This document shows, piece by piece, positions 1 to 9,449 of a stretch of DNA of 64,000 bases. Made by a program: the position numbers and the translations under genes. Below the pieces are notes generated by a model. That model saw only the letters and a program-made list of their open reading frames with translations. It was not told the DNA's origin and searched no databases. Positions within the stretch are counted from its first letter, which is position 1. Each line of letters opens with the position of its first letter. Origin of the DNA: Bacteroidota bacterium (lineage in GTDB: Bacteria > Bacteroidota > Bacteroidia > Sphingobacteriales > Sphingobacteriaceae); contig JABDAU010000002.1 of the NCBI GenBank assembly GCA_013289045.1, positions 28,493 through 92,492 of the forward strand, written 5' to 3'.

Positions 1-2
1 GT

Positions 3-143
3 TTTGAAGAAACAAATCCAAACGCAATAATTCATCACGGAATTGAGCTGTATGGGCCGCAATGTGAGAATTGCGATAAACCATATCGAACTCCGCAAGC
101 TTCATTCTGTGCAGCATGTGGTCATAAAAGAGCAGCGATATAA
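3..143 (+). CDS. 3' end of a hypothetical protein with a C-terminal zinc-ribbon-like motif (partial, runs off window)
   Basis: Manual translation of frame 3: FEETNPNAIIHHGIELYGPQCENCDKPYRTPQASFCAACGHKRAAI*, with two CxxC pairs; stop TAA 141-143. Confidence 0.65.
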   Translation, partial: FEETNPNAIIHHGIELYGPQCENCDKPYRTPQASFCAACGHKRAAI

Positions 144-151
144 CCCATTCA

Positions 152-245
152 GTCGTCCCGAACTTGTTTCGGGATCCCACGAACAGGCGGGTCGCATACA
201 TAGCGTAATACCGCATGTGAGGTGCCGAAACAAGTTCGGCATGAC
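152..245. repeat. REP/MITE-like inverted-repeat element (GTCRTSCCGAACTTGTTTCGG family)
   Basis: 21-bp arms 152-172 and 225-245 are reverse complements at 19/21; each arm is itself a small hairpin; lies between convergent genes. Confidence 0.8.
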
Positions 246-253
246 GTCATTTG

Positions 254-1133
254 TTAGATTTTCACCCCCAATAACCACCGCCAGGCCCATCGTGTCGCGC
301 CGTTAAAGCCGTTCCAGCTACTCACAAACTCTACCAGATCTCCAAGGCATTTCTCTGCAAATTTTTGTTTGAAGTTGTTGTAAGCCAGTTTGTAAACCTG
401 TTCCGTGTTTTCTATGCCAATACGGTTGAAAATTTCCTTCTTCACATACATTGTCCGCAGGAAATAGATATTCAGTACAATGGAGAGACTATATAAGGTG
501 CGTTTGATATATCCAGCCTTCGCAGAAAAATCCTTTAGTAAAGCTTTGGTAAATACGATATGCCGGCCTTCCTCTATACTATGCAGATCGAACATTTTAC
601 GTAGTACTGGGTAAACCTGGCTGTTCTTTCGGGCATAGTTGCCATAAACATCGGTCACCATTTCAATAGATACGCTGCCCATAAAAAGGAAGTCAGCCGG
701 CAGGTATTTATTGCTGAAATTGCCGATGAACTTGTGCATCCTGGTTTGCGGCAATGGTTTACCGCCAATTCTCGCAATAGCCTGCGTAAACATTTCCTGG
801 TGGCGCAATTCTTCGATCAGCTCGCGTATCAAAAATTTGTGCTCAACACTATCCGGTGGAATAACCAGCATCCTGCGCGACATGAACAGGCAAAACAAAT
901 TTTCCCCCCCAGCCATACGAATAGATCACCTGCACCAGTTCATGCCGGCCGAGATCCAATTTTTGAGCAGTGGTGAGCGTATCATAAACCGGCAGGCCTT
1001 GCAGCGACGTTAGTAGCTCTGGCAGGAAAATTTCATCCGCCTTCGGGTCTTCCTGCCAGGGGATGTAGGTTTCAGGCAGTAAAGGATGCTCTTTGCTGAT
1101 GCGGATGAGGCGCTCAATTTCCTGTTCGTTCAT
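254..1133 (-). pseudogene. AurF-like diiron oxygenase (ferritin-like), split by a +1 frameshift in a G7 run
   Basis: ORFs 849..1133 and 254..916 join into one protein (...YSYGWG|ENLFCLFM...) if one G is removed from the tract at 904-910; diiron ExxH motifs EELRH and EEGRH present. Confidence 0.8.
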
Positions 1134-1202
1134 ATAAATGCGTAGAGACGCAAAATTTTGCGTCTCTACAAGGTAACGTTAAAAACCAGCAAATGGTTGT
1201 TG

Positions 1203-3350
1203 TTATTGAATCAATCCGCGGTTTTTTTCCATTGGCTTGATATCCGGCGCATGCCCCCTGAAATCGCTGAACATTTTGTTGTAGTCGATAGTATTGCCGC
1301 GCGACAGGATCATATCCCTGAAACGCTGTCCGTTGGCGCGGGTAAGTCCGCCGTTTTCTGTGAACCAGGAGTACGCATCATCATCCAGCATTTCTGTCCA
1401 GGCGTAGGCATAATAACCTGCTGCATAGCCATTCGCCCAGATGTGCAGAAAATAGCTTGAGCGGTAACGCGGCGGTACTTGCGGCAGGTTAATGCTTTTC
1501 TTGGCTAATGCGGTAGCTTCTAATTTATCGACGTCTTGCAACGGCGCGTCACCAGGTAATTCATGCCATTGCATATCCATTACATCGCAGGCCAGCGCTT
1601 CGGTAAGTGCGTAGCCCTGGTTAAATGTGGCGGCTTTTTTGATCTTGTCTATCAATTCCTGCGGTATTACTGCACCGGTTTTATAGTGTACGGCATAATG
1701 TTTCAGCACCTGTGGGTATAATGCCCAATGCTCGTTAAACTGCGATGGGAACTCCACAAAATCGCGGGCCACATTTGTGCCTGATAAGCTTGGATATTGC
1801 TGGCTGGCAAATAACCCATGCAAACCATGCCCAAATTCATGGAACATGGTGGTAACATCTTCAAAGCTGATCAACGCAGGCTGACCGGGAGCCGGTTTAG
1901 TGAAATTGCAAATGTTGTAAATAACAGGTTTCAAACCTAGCAGTTTTGATTGGTTAACGATATTACTCATCCATGCGCCGCCGCTTTTGTTGTCGCGTTT
2001 CCAGTAGTCACAGTAAAAGAGGCCAAGTTCGCTGCCGTCTTTGTCATACACCGTAAAAACACGCACATCCGGCTGGTAAACAGGGACGTCGTGGCGCTCT
2101 TTAAAGGTCAAGCCGTATAACTGGTTGGCGGCATAAAAGACACCGTTCTTTAATACGCTGTCAATCTCGAAATAAGGTTTCACATCATCATCATTCAAAT
2201 CGTATTTCGCTTTGCGTACTTTTTCTGAATAATAGTTCCAGTCCCATGGTTGTAGCTGAAAACCGCCTTTTTCCTGGTTTATTACTGCCTGTATATCGGC
2301 GGCTTCTTCTTTAGCTTTTGCAGTAGCCGCAGGAATCAGCTTGTTTAGGAAATCATCCACAGCCTCAGGCGTTTTAGCCATTTGGTCGCGCAGGCGCCAG
2401 TCGGAATAATTCCTGAAACCGAGCAGTTTTGCCTTTTGCGCACGTACCCACGCAATGCGGGCGATTATTTTACGGGTATCGTTTGAACCACCTTTTTCCG
2501 TACGGTTAAAAGATGCTTCAAATAACTTTTGGCGTGTATCGCGATTGGTTAGCGACTGCAATGCAGGCTGCTGCGTTGTGTTTTTAAGCGAAAGTAACCA
2601 TTGGCCATCATGGCCTGCCGCTTTTGCATTAGCTGCGGCTGCCTGGATATCGCCATCGGATAATCCGGCAAGTTGCGCTTTGTTGGTGATCAGCAAACCG
2701 CCTGCTTTGCCGGCAGCCAGCAGCATATTGGTATATTTCGCACCCAATGAAGCTTCTTCCTGGTTATATTTCTTTAATGTATCCCTGTTGCTTTCTGAAA
2801 GGTTTGCACCGGCCAGTGTAAACTCCTGGTAGTAATATTCTAAAAGCCGGACTGACTCAGCATCCAAATTCAATTTATCCTTTTGCTGATAAAGGGTTTT
2901 AACCTTATTGAATAGTTTGGAATTAAGATATATAGCGTCTTGTATACTTGTCAGTTTTGGCGCAATATCTTCCTGCAATTTTTCGAGCGTAGGATTGGTA
3001 TTAGCCCCTGAGACAAGGCTGAATGCACCATTCACACGGTTGAGCAACTGCCCGCATTTTTCAAGCGCAACAAGCGTGTTTTCAAATGTGGGGGCATCGG
3101 TGTTGTTGGCTACTTTGTCAATTTCGGCAAACTCCTGTTTTATACCTTCTTCAAAAGCCGGTCGGTAATCGGCATCCTTTATTTTGTCGAAAGCAGGCGC
3201 GCCGAAAGGCAATGTGCTTTGAGCTAATAATGGATTCGAGGCGGTATCGGCTGTTTTTTCGCCGCCTTTGTTGGGGTTGTTGCACGAGGTTGTCATGATC
3301 GCTATCGCCGCCAGAGGCAACGTAAAGTGAAACCAATTTCGTTGTTTCAT
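1203..3350 (-). CDS. dcp: M3 family metallopeptidase (peptidyl-dipeptidase Dcp-like), lipoprotein
   Basis: HEFGH zinc motif, DFVEFPSQ, GYAAGYYAY; lipobox TTSC. Confidence 0.93.
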   Translation of the reverse strand: MKQRNWFHFTLPLAAIAIMTTSCNNPNKGGEKTADTASNPLLAQSTLPFGAPAFDKIKDADYRPAFEEGIKQEFAEIDKVANNTDAPTFENTLVALEKCGQLLNRVNGAFSLVSGANTNPTLEKLQEDIAPKLTSIQDAIYLNSKLFNKVKTLYQQKDKLNLDAESVRLLEYYYQEFTLAGANLSESNRDTLKKYNQEEASLGAKYTNMLLAAGKAGGLLITNKAQLAGLSDGDIQAAAANAKAAGHDGQWLLSLKNTTQQPALQSLTNRDTRQKLFEASFNRTEKGGSNDTRKIIARIAWVRAQKAKLLGFRNYSDWRLRDQMAKTPEAVDDFLNKLIPAATAKAKEEAADIQAVINQEKGGFQLQPWDWNYYSEKVRKAKYDLNDDDVKPYFEIDSVLKNGVFYAANQLYGLTFKERHDVPVYQPDVRVFTVYDKDGSELGLFYCDYWKRDNKSGGAWMSNIVNQSKLLGLKPVIYNICNFTKPAPGQPALISFEDVTTMFHEFGHGLHGLFASQQYPSLSGTNVARDFVEFPSQFNEHWALYPQVLKHYAVHYKTGAVIPQELIDKIKKAATFNQGYALTEALACDVMDMQWHELPGDAPLQDVDKLEATALAKKSINLPQVPPRYRSSYFLHIWANGYAAGYYAYAWTEMLDDDAYSWFTENGGLTRANGQRFRDMILSRGNTIDYNKMFSDFRGHAPDIKPMEKNRGLIQ

Positions 3351-3427
3351 AATGTCAGGTTTAAAATGATAGGGGTGAAATTACTAAAATCGTATATATT
3401 GCGGTGTATTTTACGCGTTTAGTACTA

Positions 3428-4372
3428 ATGAATTTTATAAAAGCCTATAAATGGCTGCATCTGCTGCTTTTACTATTCGTTTTATTTAGTTTTTCGTGCC
3501 ACCGGCATATTCCAAAGCCGCCGCCACCGCCAAAACCGCATCCTATATCGTTCAATTCTATACTTAATATACCCTTTCTTGAAGTTAAACGCAGGCTGAA
3601 ATCCGGTCTGTCGTTTGATAACCAGGGTTTTGAGGCCGAGCCATTTTATCGCATTACTTTCCTTGGTAAAGATTCAGCGCGGATATTAAACCCGATGGAC
3701 GGGCACTATTATAATTTCTTCATTTTCAGGGAAACAGATTCTATCTTTAACGTTGCGCGTTCCTATTTCAAAATGATACAGATGAGTCGCGACAGCATAA
3801 AATTCCAGGTGATGCAAGTGGAAAGTGATACCCTGCATTTGAAGCGCTCACTGGTTTACATGACCTTCTACTCTAAAAACTATCTGCAAAACGTGTTGCA
3901 TACCACAGCTGAAGCATTAGGGAAGCCCGATCACCGCGACACGATGTTCATCCTCCGTAAATCGGAGTTAGCCAACAGGATACCCGACAGCGCTTTTGCT
4001 GCTCGTGAACCGGCAACGATAAAAAGCATCAACCCGCTTGCAAAAGTTGAAGTAACCGAGGTAAAGGCAGATGTGATGAATAATTTCGACGCATCCGATG
4101 CTTACATGAACCCTGAATTTACGATCACTATCAATAAGGCGTATGAGAATTTCAGCTATTCATTCTGGGCATTTGTTGATGAAAAGGGAAAGTTGTCGTA
4201 TGATCATACTGATGAAATGGTAGAACCGGAATTTAAAGTATACACGGATAAAACCATAAAAGCAATTATCGACGGCTACCTTAGCTTTTATTTAAAAATT
4301 ACGCCCGGAAGTACGCTGGGTATAAAGCATACCAGCCGTATTATGCTGAATGTGATGGGGCGGAAAGGATAA
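3428..4372 (+). CDS. Hypothetical lipoprotein with polyproline linker and possible TonB-C-like C-terminus
   Basis: Long ORF, lipobox FSFSC followed by PKPPPPPKP; start placed at second Met. Confidence 0.7.
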   Translation: MNFIKAYKWLHLLLLLFVLFSFSCHRHIPKPPPPPKPHPISFNSILNIPFLEVKRRLKSGLSFDNQGFEAEPFYRITFLGKDSARILNPMDGHYYNFFIFRETDSIFNVARSYFKMIQMSRDSIKFQVMQVESDTLHLKRSLVYMTFYSKNYLQNVLHTTAEALGKPDHRDTMFILRKSELANRIPDSAFAAREPATIKSINPLAKVEVTEVKADVMNNFDASDAYMNPEFTITINKAYENFSYSFWAFVDEKGKLSYDHTDEMVEPEFKVYTDKTIKAIIDGYLSFYLKITPGSTLGIKHTSRIMLNVMGRKG

Positions 4373-4455
4373 TAAATAATAATCTACGTGGATTATTATT
4401 TACTCCTTTTAAGCGTTATAATTTTCATTATTTATTTTATTCGGCATTCTATTTG

Positions 4456-4468
4456 CTAAAAATATTAG
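4456..4468. promoter_or_regulatory. CTAA-N5-TTAG palindromic operator, directly upstream of -7 element TATTTTTG (4469-4476)
   Basis: Sequence CTAA-AAATA-TTAG upstream of a DNA-repair operon; same motif at 21135. Confidence 0.65.
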
Positions 4469-4482
4469 TATTTTTGGTTGAT

Positions 4483-5739
4483 ATGAATGCGGACAAGGTA
4501 ACGGAAAAGCTGAATATACTGGCGGATGCTGCCAAGTATGATGTGTCATGTGCTTCGAGTGGGAGCAAGCGACAAAATCATAATAAGGGACTGGGCAATG
4601 CGAGCAATGGCATTTGCCACAGTTATACCGAAGATGGGCGATGCGTTTCGCTGCTAAAAATATTGCTGACCAATCATTGCATTTTTGATTGCGCCTATTG
4701 CGTCTCGCGCAAAAGCAATGATATAAAACGTGCGGCCTTCACTGTGCAGGAAGTGGTGGATCTGACCATCAATTTTTATCGTCGCAATTATATTGAGGGG
4801 CTATTCCTGAGCTCCGGCATATTTAAGAATGCCGATTACACCATGGAGCGCCTGGTGCTGATAGCCAAAAAGCTGCGCACAGAGCATAATTTTAACGGCT
4901 ATATACATTTGAAATCCATCCCCGGCGCAAGTGACGAGTTGATGCGAGAAGCCGGCCTGTATGCCGACCGCCTGAGCGTAAACCTTGAAATGCCTACCGA
5001 AGAAGGCCTGAAACTATTGGCGCCAGACAAGAACCGACAGGATATGATAGACCCGATGAACTTCCTTAAAAAAGAGATCATTCAAAATACAGAAGAAAAG
5101 AAGCTGTTTAAAAAAGCGCCTATGTTTGCCCCGGCAGGACAAAGTACGCAGGTAATTATCGGTGCTACACAGGAGGATGACCAACAGATATTGTACATGG
5201 CCAACCATTTTTACCGCAACTATAATTTAAAGCGGGTTTATTATTCGGGTTATGTGCCGGTACTGTCTGATAGCCGCTTACCTGCATTGAATACTACTGT
5301 ACCCATGGTGCGCGAGAATCGCCTTTACCAGGCCGATTGGCTGATGCGCTTTTATGGCTTTAAAGTGAATGAGATAGTCGATAGCCGGCAGCCATTGCTC
5401 GACCTGGACATCGACCCAAAGCTTAGCTGGGCCATTCGCAATATGCAGGCATTTCCTATTGATATCAATAAGGCCGATCTGCAAATGATATTGCGTGTAC
5501 CGGGCATAGGAGTGGAGTCGGCAAATAAGATCGTTAAGGCACGCAATTTTGCAAAGTTGGGATGGGATCAACTGAAAAAGATAGGTGTGGCCATTAACCG
5601 CGCTCGTTATTTTATCACCTGTAAAAGCACGGATTTTGAACGTCGCGACCTGACAGGCACGAAAATAAAGCAATTCATTTTAGCCGAATCGCACAGTAAA
5701 TATTTGAAGAATACGCAAACGCAATTAAGCATGTTCTGA
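4483..5739 (+). CDS. Putative DNA modification/repair radical SAM protein (TIGR03916-type)
   Basis: AAKYDVSCASSG N-terminus, CxxxCxxC (CIFDCAYC), C-terminal HhH LRVPGIG. Confidence 0.93.
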   Translation: MNADKVTEKLNILADAAKYDVSCASSGSKRQNHNKGLGNASNGICHSYTEDGRCVSLLKILLTNHCIFDCAYCVSRKSNDIKRAAFTVQEVVDLTINFYRRNYIEGLFLSSGIFKNADYTMERLVLIAKKLRTEHNFNGYIHLKSIPGASDELMREAGLYADRLSVNLEMPTEEGLKLLAPDKNRQDMIDPMNFLKKEIIQNTEEKKLFKKAPMFAPAGQSTQVIIGATQEDDQQILYMANHFYRNYNLKRVYYSGYVPVLSDSRLPALNTTVPMVRENRLYQADWLMRFYGFKVNEIVDSRQPLLDLDIDPKLSWAIRNMQAFPIDINKADLQMILRVPGIGVESANKIVKARNFAKLGWDQLKKIGVAINRARYFITCKSTDFERRDLTGTKIKQFILAESHSKYLKNTQTQLSMF

Positions 5740-5795
5740 AGATAAGGAGTGAATGAGCGATTAATGCATATTTAATTTTACACTCATTAAAAAAA

Positions 5796-6554
5796 ATGAC
5801 ACGTTTATTCTACGACGGCACATTTGAAGGTTTGCTGACAACTGTATTTGAAATATACGAGCACAGACTTGCCCACACCAAGCTGGAAAAAGGGGAATGC
5901 TATACCAGCGCTATGTTTGAGGATAAGATAAAAGTGATCACCGACGAAACGCGTGCAGCAAGGGTGTTGAAAGGTTTACAGCAGAAACTCTCGCCCGATG
6001 GCATACAGCGATTGTACATAGCCCATATGGCCGAGTTGGATAAGGAAGATGATACCCTTATAGGATTTATTCGTTATGCATTTGATTCGTTAATGAACAT
6101 TGAGGAGGATTTTGGGAATAAATATGTATTGCGTGTGTCGGAGATAGTGGGTTTTATGCGGCGGGAGAAGCATAGGATGGAAGCCTTCGTACGTTTTCAA
6201 AAACTGAAGGATGGAAGTTTTTACGCTGCTATAAAACCGGATTTTAATGTGCTGCCATTGCTTAACCGCCATTTTAAAAGCCGCTATGCCGACCAGAAAT
6301 GGATCATCTATGATATTAAACGCAGCTATGGCCTGTATTACGACCTGCACGATACGCAATTTATCTCGATGGAATTTTCATCCATTAACAAACCCGATAA
6401 AGTGATCGCGGCTTATACCGAGGATGAGGGCGTTTATCAAAATCTTTGGAAAAACTATTTTAACAGTACGAACATCCCCGCAAGGAAAAATACCAAACTG
6501 CATGTGCGGCATATTCCTAAACGTTATTGGAAACATTTGCCTGAGAAGATATAA
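5796..6554 (+). CDS. DUF4130 / TIGR03915-type putative DNA repair protein
   Basis: YDGTFEGLLT start, HRMEAFVRF, RYADQKWIIYD, PKRYWKHLPE; usual partner of the upstream radical SAM gene. Confidence 0.92.
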   Translation: MTRLFYDGTFEGLLTTVFEIYEHRLAHTKLEKGECYTSAMFEDKIKVITDETRAARVLKGLQQKLSPDGIQRLYIAHMAELDKEDDTLIGFIRYAFDSLMNIEEDFGNKYVLRVSEIVGFMRREKHRMEAFVRFQKLKDGSFYAAIKPDFNVLPLLNRHFKSRYADQKWIIYDIKRSYGLYYDLHDTQFISMEFSSINKPDKVIAAYTEDEGVYQNLWKNYFNSTNIPARKNTKLHVRHIPKRYWKHLPEKI

Positions 6555-6556
6555 AG

Positions 6557-6660
6557 TCCGCAACCGCACATCAACTGTATCACTTCCGAACATTTTTGAA
6601 AGATAACTTGAATGTAATTTATTGATAATCAATAAATTATTCAAGTGGCACCAACTTGGT
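6557..6660 (+). promoter_or_regulatory. sigma54-type promoter region with IHF site and putative upstream activator sites
   Basis: TGGCAC at 6646-6651 (GG-N10-GT), IHF consensus AATCAATAAATTA 6627-6639, TGT...ACA-like boxes 6557-6592. Confidence 0.5.
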
Positions 6661-6698
6661 GATCACTCTGGCGTATTTTTAACTTAAATCATCGCGCC

Positions 6699-9131
6699 AT
6701 GTTAAAAAACTACCTCAAGATCGCCTTAAGGCAACTGAAAAAACAAAAAATGTATACCGCTATTAAGGTTGGCGGCTTCGCCCTTGGTATTGCTGCCTGC
6801 TTGCTTATTGCTTTATATATCAGGTATGAAACCAGCTATGATCAGTCATATCCTAATGATAGCCGCATATACCGTATTGTAGGCGTAACGCATTATAACG
6901 GCAAGGTTGAGAAAGGTACCGATTTTCCGGCCCCTTTTGGCAAAGCCTTAAAAAACGACTACCCTGAGATAGAAAAATCAGGGCGTTTGATGCGTAATCA
7001 GCTATTTTATGGTGCGGGCAGCAATGAATTCAGGCCGGCAGGCAAGATGCAGAATACCTATGAAACCGGTTTTGTTTATGCCGACCAGGAAATACTGGAC
7101 ATTTTTGGCTATCCCGCTGTTTACGGTAACGTTAAAGGGGCTTTGTTGGAGCCACATAGCATGGTCATTTCCAAGCGCAAGGCAGATAAATATTTCCCGG
7201 GCCAAAACCCTGTTGGCAAAGTGATTTACCTGAACGATGTGAAGAATACGCCATATAAAATAACTGCTGTAATAGAAAATATACCTGAAAACGAGCACCT
7301 GCGGGATTGTGACTTTTTTATATCGTTGGCAGGCCGCGTTTTTGGCGATGAAGAAACAAACTGGAACGATTATAATTACGATAGCTACGTTTTACTGCAT
7401 GCAGGTACCAATGTAAAGCAGTTTGAAAAGAAAATGAGCGAAGGTATGTTAAAGCGCTATTTTTTGCCGACAATGGAAAAAGCCGGTATGTCTAACGCTG
7501 CCGAGGTGGTAAAAAACGCCAGTTTGACGTTACAACCGGTAAGAGATATCAACCTGAAATCATACGATGTTGACGACGGCTTTGGTAATGGCGATATTCG
7601 CTTTGTTTGGCTGTTTGGCGCCATTGCGATCTTTATATTAGTTATCGCCTGCATCAATTTCATCAACCTTTCAACCGCGAAATCGGCCAATCGTGCCAAG
7701 GAAGTAGGCTTGCGTAAAGTGGTAGGCTCTGGTCGCGGTTTGTTGATCAATCAATTCCTTGTAGAATCGATCGTATATAGTTTAGTGTCGTTTATTATCG
7801 GCATTTTGCTTGCCTGCCTGGCATTGCCGTATTTCGATCAGCTTGCCGGCAAACACCTCACCATGCTTTTCGGCGAATGGTGGTTCATACCGTCCATGCT
7901 TGGCGCGGCAATTATAATTGGAATTGCAGCAGGTTTGTATCCGGCTTTTTATTTGTCGTCATTCAAACCGGTAGAGGTGCTTAAAGGTGCGATAAGTAAT
8001 GGCAGCAAGAGCTCATTTCTACGCAACGGTTTGGTGGTGTTCCAGTTCACTACTTCTGTCATCCTGGTTATTGGTACTATTGTTATTTATAACCAGATGC
8101 AGTTTATCCTGAACCGCAAACTTGGGTTCAATAAAGATCAGCTGGTAATGATACAGGGCACCAATACCCTTAAAGATAAGCAGGTAAAAGACTTTAAAAC
8201 TGAATTGCAGAAGCTGGCGGCCATAAAAAGCGTTTCTGTCAGCGATTACCTGCCGGTAAACGGCACAAAGCGTAACGGCAATACTTTCTTTAAAGAAGGG
8301 AGGGATAAAATAGACGCCGGCGTTGGCGGCCAAATGTGGCAAATAGATAACGATTATATCCAAACCCTTGGACTTAAACTGATTGCCGGCCGAAATTTTA
8401 CACCGGGCATATCCTCAGATTCCACAGGTGTGATCATTAACGAGACCATGGCCAAAAAGCTTAACCTGAAAGACCCGGTAGGGAAGCGAATATCCAACGG
8501 AGATCTTCATTATGTTGTTGGTGTGGTGCAGGATTTCAACTTCGAGACAATGAAGCAGGAAATACAGCCTATCGCATTACATTGGGGCTGGAGCCCGTCG
8601 ATAGTTACTGTAAAGATCGGCTCTTCAGATATAAAGAACACGCTTGCAGCTATTACCGCAACCTGGAAACAATTCTCAAACGACCAGCCAATTCGTTATA
8701 CCTTCATGGATCAGGAATTCCAGTTAATGTATACTGATGTACAGCGTACAGCCACCATTTTTACCTGTTTTGCAGTGTTGGCTATTATCATCGGTTGCTT
8801 AGGCTTATTTGCACTGTCGGCGTTTATGGCAGAGCAACGCAGCAAGGAGATAGGTATACGCAAAGTGCTGGGCGCTACAGTGAGCAGCATTACAACATTA
8901 TTATCGGTTGATTTTATAAAGCTGGTATGTATTGCAATTGTTATAGCATCGCCAATTGCCTGGTGGGCAATGAACAAATGGCTGCAGGATTTTGCTTACC
9001 GCATCCCTATCCAATGGTGGATGTTTGTGGTTGCAGGATTATTTGCAGTGATGATCGCCTTGCTTACGGTAAGCTTCCAGTCGATAAAAGCGGCATTGGT
9101 GAACCCCGTAAAGAGCCTTCGCTCAGATTAA
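6699..9131 (+). CDS. MacB/FtsX-family ABC transporter permease
   Basis: MLKNYLKIALR start, IACINFINL...RAKEVGLRKVVG, EIGIRKVLGA, NPVKSLRSD end; duplicated MacB_PCD+FtsX architecture. Confidence 0.93.
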   Translation: MLKNYLKIALRQLKKQKMYTAIKVGGFALGIAACLLIALYIRYETSYDQSYPNDSRIYRIVGVTHYNGKVEKGTDFPAPFGKALKNDYPEIEKSGRLMRNQLFYGAGSNEFRPAGKMQNTYETGFVYADQEILDIFGYPAVYGNVKGALLEPHSMVISKRKADKYFPGQNPVGKVIYLNDVKNTPYKITAVIENIPENEHLRDCDFFISLAGRVFGDEETNWNDYNYDSYVLLHAGTNVKQFEKKMSEGMLKRYFLPTMEKAGMSNAAEVVKNASLTLQPVRDINLKSYDVDDGFGNGDIRFVWLFGAIAIFILVIACINFINLSTAKSANRAKEVGLRKVVGSGRGLLINQFLVESIVYSLVSFIIGILLACLALPYFDQLAGKHLTMLFGEWWFIPSMLGAAIIIGIAAGLYPAFYLSSFKPVEVLKGAISNGSKSSFLRNGLVVFQFTTSVILVIGTIVIYNQMQFILNRKLGFNKDQLVMIQGTNTLKDKQVKDFKTELQKLAAIKSVSVSDYLPVNGTKRNGNTFFKEGRDKIDAGVGGQMWQIDNDYIQTLGLKLIAGRNFTPGISSDSTGVIINETMAKKLNLKDPVGKRISNGDLHYVVGVVQDFNFETMKQEIQPIALHWGWSPSIVTVKIGSSDIKNTLAAITATWKQFSNDQPIRYTFMDQEFQLMYTDVQRTATIFTCFAVLAIIIGCLGLFALSAFMAEQRSKEIGIRKVLGATVSSITTLLSVDFIKLVCIAIVIASPIAWWAMNKWLQDFAYRIPIQWWMFVVAGLFAVMIALLTVSFQSIKAALVNPVKSLRSD

Positions 9132-9390
9132 GCTATGGCTCTCGAAGAGCGCCTGAAGAGTGAATAATTATGATTTTTTAATCAAAATTTAACGCTGTTT
9201 TAAGATAAGTTTTTTGAGGGAAAAGTGATTTTAAGAATTTTTTGAAATAAAAAAACCTGATGATCTGCCTGGTGATGTGAATAAGGGAATTTGTGGATAT
9301 GTTGAAGAACGCAGGAAAGAAACGGAGAAGTCGGCTATCAGTTAGTGTAATAGCAAGGTTTATAACCTTTAACTAATTGTTAGGAACATG

Positions 9391-9444
9391 TTAATAAAAA
9401 ATAAAAAAAACTCTTGACAAATGTGCTTCATCGCACTATCTTAG
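9391..9444 (+). promoter_or_regulatory. Strong promoter: A-rich UP element, TTGACA (9414-9419), 17-bp spacer, TATCTTAG (9437-9444)
   Basis: Fits both the sigma70 -35/-10 spacing and the Bacteroidota -33/-7 (TTG...TAnnTTTG-like) layout; no CDS follows on the + strand. Confidence 0.7.
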
Positions 9445-9449
9445 AAATA

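Noticed and set aside
43-306. ORFs 43..306(+), 102..290(-) and 17784..18062(-)
   Set aside because: They read through REP-like elements or antisense to real genes.
900-912. Programmed -1 frameshift at G-GGA-AAA in the AurF-like gene
   Set aside because: The downstream ORF is in the +1 frame, so a -1 shift would not join the two parts.
9160-9400. Replication origin (oriC)
   Set aside because: Only one exact DnaA box, no origin-associated genes and no clear DUE repeats; kept only as a low-interest regulatory note.
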